Source: the human T2T-CHM13v2.0 reference genome, Homo sapiens. From it: a stretch of DNA of 64,000 nucleotides. The stretch is from NCBI RefSeq assembly GCF_009914755.1, contig NC_060935.1. One strand, written 5' to 3'. This document shows, piece by piece, positions 54,665-64,000 of this stretch. Numbering within the stretch: position 1 is the first letter of the stretch; every line of letters begins with the position of its first letter. The translations under genes and the position numbers were made by a program. The notes beneath the pieces were generated by a model. It worked only from the letters and a program-made list of their open reading frames with translations, had not been told where the DNA came from and made no database searches.

Positions 54665-55090
54665 TCCTATATTCATCAAGTCTTTTTGGTTGCAACGGAA
54701 ACCAGCTTATGCTAATGTAAACAGAATAAAAGGAATTTATTGGAAGGATCTGACTGCATTCTTGCCATTGGCTTCTGTGAGGCACAAGTGTGTCAAGAAT
54801 GGACTAGAACAAGAAACCCGAAAAGTGTTAGAACTCTAGAAGTATTTCCTGCGTTTCTGTGAGCTTCTGGTTTATTCTTATTTCCCCTGCTTCTCTGTCC
54901 TCATGGAGGTGTATTGCTGCCCCACAGCTTCCAAGTTTGTGTCTTAAACCTTCAGCCATGCTCTAATCCCAAATGTCAGGAACAAAGACTCTGACTGATC
55001 AGGATTGCTTTAGGTGTCTACTACGGGGTCGAATCAGTCCTGGGCATGGGAAGTAGGGGTCACATAGTACAACTGTGGCTGCCAGAAGCT
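54665..55090 (-). mobile_element. Old MaLR LTR (MLT1L/N-like)
   Basis: tttggttgcaacggaaacc...aaaaggaatttattgg and aagactctgactgatcagg...gaatcagtcctggg reverse-LTR pattern. Confidence 0.55.
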
Positions 55091-55784
55091 GCTCTTCACA
55101 ATCTGGATGAAATATTCAGAGAAGGAACTATAACTTGTGGGTTGGGCCACAAATCCAAAAAGGGTCTTGTGAGTATTATCGTCACTGAATAAACTCTCAG
55201 GTGCTGCAAAGAGAAAATGGTGTTATTTCTAGTCAGAATATACAACCATCTCACAATGATACTCTAAGGAATCAAGGCATAGTCCTATGCAAATCTAAAA
55301 TTGTCCATTGAATAGCCACGGTCCGAGTCTACACATTTAAAGTTGTCTTATTCTAGGATTCTAATTTGTCAGAGGGCTGTGAGAGTCAACATTCTCCATT
55401 CTCTACCTTAGCAATACTCTTTTCACCTCCTCCACTCCAACAAAAGCTTCCAAAGGAAATCTTCCTTCTTAAAAGAAACTGATTTCCATGATTCAGAATA
55501 AAATTTAGTAAAGACTAATGAATTAGGACTCCATTAATTTAGCATTTTTGCTACATCAAGAATCAAAAAGGGATTAAACTTTTCTATCCCCATATCTCTT
55601 AAAGCCAGGAAAGATTTGCTAAGTGAAATAAAAATGTGACTTTGGACAAGTTTTGTAACCTCTCTAAGACTTTGTTTCCTTATCTGTAAAATAGAAATTA
55701 ACTTTTCATAGGATTGTTGTGACAATTAAATGACATTAGGCTTGACATGTAGAAAGTACTGGCTATTAGCTATGATGTTGAAGA

Positions 55785-55940
55785 TAATGTTGGTTGTAGT
55801 GATGGTAGTAATAACTCTAGTGGTGATGGTGGATAATGGTAGTGGTGGTGGTGATGATCGTGGTGATGATAGTGGCAGTGGTGATGGTGGAGGTGGTAGT
55901 GGTGATGATGGCAATAGTGGCAGTGAAGGAGTGGTGATGA
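55785..55940. repeat. Degenerate (GGT/GAT)n trinucleotide low-complexity tract next to a MIR
   Basis: gtggtgatggtggataatggtagtggtggtggtgatgat... Confidence 0.85.
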
Positions 55941-58900
55941 TTAATTATGACAGAACCAAGAATGTATAAATTGTTCTCAGCACATAGTAGTCACATAGTA
56001 AATGAGTGCAGAGAACAAGCAATTTTTAGATAATTACAAGGCTCTTAGTTACCATTTACATACCAACCATGGATATGTCCAAAACAAATCATGCTTAAAT
56101 GTTCATCAAAACAGATTCCTAAAGCCTTCCAATAGATGTTTAACCACTTTGTATGAAGTGGAGAGAAGAGGAATAAATATGAATTTTAGTTACTACATGA
56201 ACATAAAATAAATATAATTAAAAATAAATATAATTACATTCCCTTAAGTAATAGTGCATAAAATATAGACTGTTTTGCTTGTGTTCCTTCCAGTTAGCTT
56301 GCTACATAAAGCCACATACCATTAATTCAAATTTCATCGTCAAAAATTCACATTTCTAAGTTTGTTATCATCCAAGTCTAGGAATTGTCCTATCTGCATA
56401 CTATTTTAACCTCCAAAGGTCTGCGTAAAACCCATTTTGTGGCTAACATGGATCTATCTAAAAAATCCAGTTGCATCTCTCCCCTTGGGACTTCCAGGGT
56501 GCAGCAGCCACACCAATTTCTTTATTTACCATAATTTGAAAGCCTTATTAATCCTAAAGGCTCAGCTCTATAATCACATTTGGTTAGCTTGAGACTAATC
56601 CTTAGAGGTTATTTATTTTTCATGAAGATTGCTTCCCAGCTACTGGTTTATTTAGACTTTACTAATAATTATTTCGCAAGAGCTTTTTTCACCACTGCTC
56701 ATTTATATGTGTAGAATTCACACTGTGAATATGAACTAAGGATGAATTTTTTTAAGAGTTAAGGTTTAACTGGAATGTCATTTTTTCTTTACTGTGCCAG
56801 ATCATTCCTTTTCTGGGAAGCTGTCCCGTGAAATAATTAAATATTGTCCCTTTAAAAGAGTCTGTGACCTGCTGCATTTGTAATCCTTGAATTCCATGAT
56901 TCAGCCCAAGATCTCCCAGCTTTCCATTTCACACTCCTGCTCACATTTGGTTTAGATTTGGCTTTTCTTTGCTCGAGAGGAACAGGATTTATTACTACCA
57001 GTCAGAAGCCATCAGTCCCCAATATTTCAGCAAAGAACCCTAGTCTGCCAGAGTGAGTAATGCTCTGTTTGCACTCAAGTCTCCCTGAACCAGTCACCCC
57101 AAATAGGATGTCACTGCTTGCATTTATTTAGAAACTGTCAAGTTGTCTATGTGTTTCCTCCCACCAGTTCATGTGATTCCTGAAACACCCCTATGCGCTT
57201 TGATGGGAGGGAAAAAAAATAACAGTCCCTCATACATTTATGTAATGCTTATTTATGGAGCACAGTGTATATGTTAGGGACTGAGAGCTGAGTATGTGCT
57301 GGCACCCCAGAAGGACATGTCCCTGTTCTCAGGTAGCTTAGAGGTCATTGAGTCCCACCATGAGGCAGGCACACCAGGAAATGGTCTTGATGTCTTCTTT
57401 CACTGACTACTCATAATAAACTATGGGAAAGGTCTGATTACCCTTGTTTTGTGGCTGGGATTACCGAAACTCCCAGAGGTTAAGTCATCCTCTGATAAGG
57501 GGGAAAGCCAATGCTCAGACCTGGACTTTCTCGGTCCAAGGCTGCTGATTGAATTCTGGATTCTTCCCAAATAGTGTAATCTCGTGTCAACTCAAATCAA
57601 TTCAAGTTTCCTTTCCAGTTTCCCACATCCCATGGTTTGGCTTAGAAAGAAAGATGGTGCAACACACAACAGATATCAAGCATCTAAGAGTTTGGGAAGG
57701 GTTTGTGTGACCAGTGGTGTGGGCAGGGTGTCTTTAGAATGGAAAGTGGATGAGAGGGGAGCTCAAAGAGGTGATCCAGGAATTCCCAAAGGTGGACCTT
57801 GACTCAGTAAGTCACCAGGTCTGTTATTTGAAATGAGTCATTTGTGGTATGGGGGCAAATGACCTCAGTCCCTCACCAAACTATCGGGAAGCAAGCAAAC
57901 AAAATAATCCCCGCTTCTGGGGAGAATAATCCTAATTACAGCCCCTAGAATTTGCATGCCCTTCTACAGTTTGCAAAGCACTTTCACACCTATATTTTCC
58001 TTGGTGGAATTGTTTACTGCACTAATGGAGAAGGGACCAGGACTTGATATGGCCTAGTTTGTTGGTTTTTATATATTTTTTAAGAATAATCATCTGTCAA
58101 AATGTAATTTCATGCAATAGTCTGGTATATAAAACTGATGCAAGTGGAACTTCTGTGGTTGGGATGGGGCCTGGGGAGGGAGAGGCACAGCTTACTCCTC
58201 AGCTTTTACTCTGACCACTAGGTCTGCTTCTGAGGGGTCTCTAAGGAACCTCCAGGTTCCATGAAACACAGTAAGACAGACATTGTTCCTAGTGACTCCC
58301 CACGTCACTTCACTTTCTTGCTCCAAGAAAAGGAAGCTGAAATCCCTGGAGGTTGCATGAGGTGAAAAAAGCTGCTCCTTGTCCTGTATTCTTGTGCATG
58401 GAACCTACCAGGGCTGGTTTCCTCACATGAGTAGGGACTGAAGCCTTATCTGGGAGCCAGTTTGCCCCCAGTTGTTTCAAGAAATAAAGTGTCCTCTTGG
58501 TCACAGACAGCAGCAGTAACAACTTTTTCCTGCGGACTGGCAGCATTTTCCAAGCACCTGCTCTTCAGGTGGGAGTTACGGGTCACTGTCTTCATTCCAG
58601 ACGGGCGGCTCTTTGAGTCATGGCATGCCAGCTTCTGAGTGGCTGAGGACTAGATCCAGACAAGGATTTTTCAGTCCCAAACACTCTTCCTGAAAATGCA
58701 AGAGGAGTAGTCTTTAGTCAAACAGAATCTCCACAACTGAAAAATTTATACCGGACTAGACAGTGGTAGTGGTTGCACAATATTGTTAAAGTACTACACG
58801 TCACTGCTATAAACACTTTTAAATGGGTGAAATGGTAAATTTTATGTTATGCATATTTTAACATAACAATGATAATAATTTTAACTAAGTACGTTGCCTC

Positions 58901-59099
58901 CTTATTTCCTACAGGGTCAAGTTCAAACTCCCTGGCATAGCTTACACCTTGTAGTCCCCATACCTGTAACCTCATGTCTGCTATCTTCCCCCAGCCCCTT
59001 CATCTGATCTATGTTCAGATCAGCTCACATTGCTCTCTATTCTCTGGACAAGCCATGTTCTTTCACTTTTCTATGCTCAAACACAATTTTGCTTTTAGT

Positions 59100-59700
59100 A
59101 ATGATAGCAAACACTTATTTAAAGTGCTTACTGCATGCATATGTAGACATAAATCTACGGCTTAATACATGCAGGGCTTTTGAGTCATTTAATCCTCACC
59201 AATTCTATGAAGTAATAGAATTGTAATAGTAATAATAGATACTATTATTAAGCCCATTTTATACTTGAGCAAATTGAGCTAATTGCCTTAGGCAAGGTCA
59301 CACAACTAAGAAGCAGCCATAATAGGGTTTGGATCTAGGTGTTCTAGCTCCTGAATCCATGCTGTTCGTCACTACACTGTACTGCCTGTGGATGACTTAC
59401 TTGTCCCTGTAGTTTCATCTGAAGAATTCCTCCTCCTTTTCCTTTGAGGCCTGCCTCAAATATCACTTCCCCTGTGAAGACTGCCTGGTGTTCTCCAGGA
59501 GAGAGTGTGACTCCCTTCTCTAGGAATGGTAGCACCCCAAACACACACATTTTGCAGCATATTTCACCTTGCATGGTAATGGCCTGCTTGTGAGTTTTAT
59601 TCCGTACCAGAGGGTGAGGGCTCTGAAGATAGCGCCAGGTCTTATTTACCTCGATACCCCACAACACTCATTACATGTCTGATGAATGAATGCATAGGGG
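59100..59700. mobile_element. MIR (minus, ~59100-59380) and L2 3' end (plus, ~59420-59695)
   Basis: catttaatcctcac...cccattttatacttgag...caaggtcacacaact; cctcaaatatcacttcccctgtgaag...gatgaatgaatg. Confidence 0.6.
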
Positions 59701-60096
59701 GATGGCTGGGTGCATTTCTCTCAACTTTTCAATTTCTTGAAATAAATAACAAAATCTTACCTTCCCTCAGAAGTCCTGGCATGGTTCCTTTCATCTTGCC
59801 ACAGCCACTGATAATCACTTTCATTTTCTGTGTAACTCACCAGGCAAGAAGTCCATGCAGATTTACTTTTAGTAGTTCACATGACAAATAAATACTGCGT
59901 TTGATTTCCAAACATTAAACCATAGTATATTATAGATAGATATAGAGTTATCATTCAAAGTATGATATTTCAATCTCAAAAGGCTTCCCCTGAAGAATAT
60001 TACAAACTCTTCCTCTCTTTAAGATCTGCTGGGTAGGAAAGATGGGAGAAAATGAATTAATGTTTACACAGAAAGGAGGATAATGGGGGCAAAAAT

Positions 60097-60500
60097 AATA
60101 GATGAACGTATGGGTGGATGAGAGAATGGATAAAATGATAGGTGGATATGTTGATCTTGGACAGATGGGAAATGAGTGGATATATCAATAAACAGATATG
60201 TGGGTGGATGGGTGGAGAAGAGGATGGTGGATGGTTGTGGTTTTATGAAGAGATGTGAAAAAGGAAGTGTGGAATGATGGATGAGAAGTTGTATGGGAAG
60301 ATGAATAGAAGAATAGGTGGTTGAATAAATTAAAAGGTGTGTGGTTGGATGAATGAATGAGTGGGATGATAGATGGACCTAAGTGGTTAGTGGATGGACA
60401 GGAGGATGGATGGATGTGAGAGCCCCAGAAGGACATAAGGAAAGATGGGTGGATAGATGGATGGGCGGATGGAAGGATATTTAGGAGGATGAATGAGCAT
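60097..60500. repeat. Degenerate (GGAT/TGGA)n tract
   Basis: Repeated tggatg/ggatgg/gaatga units across ~400 bp. Confidence 0.8.
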
Positions 60501-61233
60501 GTGTGTGGAGAGAGGTGCCCATTCACACTGGCTTGAACACATGGGTTAGCTGAGCCAAATGCCAGCCCTATGACAGGCCATCAGTAGCTTTCCCTGAGCT
60601 GTTCTGCCAAGAAGCTAAAATTCATTCAAGCCATGTGGACTTGTTATTGAGGGGAAAAAGAATGAGCTCTCCCTCTTTCCACTTGGAAGATTCACCAACT
60701 CCCCACCCCTCACTCCCCACTGTGGGCACGGAGGCACTGCGCCACCCAGGGCAAGACCTCGCCCTCTCTCCAGCTCCTCTCCCAGGATATCCAACATCCT
60801 GTGAAACCCAGAGATCTTGCTCCAGCCGGATTCAGAGAAATTTAGCGGGAAAGGAGAGGCCAAAGGCTGAACCCAATGGTGCAAGGTTTTACGGTTCGGT
60901 CATCCTCTGTCCTGACGCCGCGGGGCCAGCGGGAGAAGAAAGCCAGTGCGTCTCTGGGCGCAGGGGCCAGTGGGGCTCGGAGGCACAGGCACCCCGCGAC
61001 ACTCCAGGTTCCCCGACCCACGTCCCTGGCAGCCCCGATTATTTACAGCCTCAGCAGAGCACGGGGCGGGGGCAGAGGGGCCCGCCCGGGAGGGCTGCTA
61101 CTTCTTAAAACCTCTGCGGGCTGCTTAGTCACAGCCCCCCTTGCTTGGGTGTGTCCTTCGCTCGCTCCCTCCCTCCGTCTTAGGTCACTGTTTTCAACCT
61201 CGAATAAAAACTGCAGCCAACTTCCGAGGCAGC

Positions 61234-61366
61234 CTCATTGCCCAGCGGACCCCAGCCTCTGCCAGGTTCGGTCCGCCATCCTCGTCCCGTCCTCCGCCGG
61301 CCCCTGCCCCGCGCCCAGGGATCCTCCAGCTCCTTTCGCCCGCGCCCTCCGTTCGCTCCGGACACC
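61234..61366 (+). other. CD44: CD44 exon 1 5'UTR (main start near 61234; longer forms may start near 60933)
   Basis: ATG-free GC-rich leader matching my recollection of CD44 mRNA 5' ends; exact TSS cannot be determined from sequence. Confidence 0.7.
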
Positions 61367-61433
61367 ATGGACAAGTTTTGGTGGCACGCAGCCTGGGGAC
61401 TCTGCCTCGTGCCGCTGAGCCTGGCGCAGATCG
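61367..61433 (+). CDS. CD44: CD44 (hyaluronan receptor) coding exon 1, signal peptide
   Basis: Strong Kozak gacaccATGG; translates [22 protein letters not shown] plus 1 nt, identical to the human CD44 N-terminus; donor G|GTGAGT at 61433/61434 (phase 1). Confidence 0.99.

Positions 61434-64000
<2,567 letters not shown>

Larger units (their letters stand above)
54718..60100 (-). ncRNA. Candidate divergent lncRNA upstream of CD44 (possibly the annotated CD44 divergent transcript); boundaries approximate
   Basis: Recollection that a divergent transcript is annotated next to CD44; sequence support is limited to a minus-strand AATAAA (54741-54736) in an LTR and minus-strand donors AAG|GTAAGA (59760) and CAA|GTAAGT (59400). 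Confidence 0.3.

Noticed and set aside
55726-55969. Gly/Asp- and Pro/Thr-rich ORFs
   Set aside because: Translation of the degenerate (GGT/GAT)n simple repeat.
60097-60500. Possible EWSR1-FLI1 GGAA microsatellite enhancer
   Set aside because: The units are GGAT/TGGA and degenerate, not consecutive GGAA.

Overview
Primate genomic DNA, almost certainly human 11p13: about 61 kb of intergenic sequence upstream of CD44, then the CD44 CpG-island promoter, exon 1 (ATG 61367, [24 protein letters not shown] donor at 61434) and the first ~2.6 kb of intron 1. CD44 is the only host protein-coding sequence I can support; the other ORFs in the track are L1/ERVL/Alu remnants or chance ORFs. The upstream region is a nested transposon landscape: a ~5.75 kb dead L1PA inside an MLT1A LTR, several truncated L1s (one with a twin-priming inversion, one with a probable short 3' transduction), about ten Alus, many MaLR LTRs, a decayed LTR33-flanked ERV-L provirus with readable RNase H/integrase/dUTPase remnants, MER45/MER58 DNA transposons, and MIR/L2. 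I do not see a demonstrably new biological system. The best unexplained signals are a 41-bp-arm hairpin at 45826-45914, a splice acceptor plus AATAAA plus initiator inside the CD44 core promoter, a DUX4-motif THE1 LTR pointing toward CD44, a templated insertion scar in the L1 5'UTR, and AP-1/TEAD/NF-kB motif clusters. Repeat subfamily names were assigned by eye from remembered consensus sequences and need RepeatMasker/Dfam confirmation.
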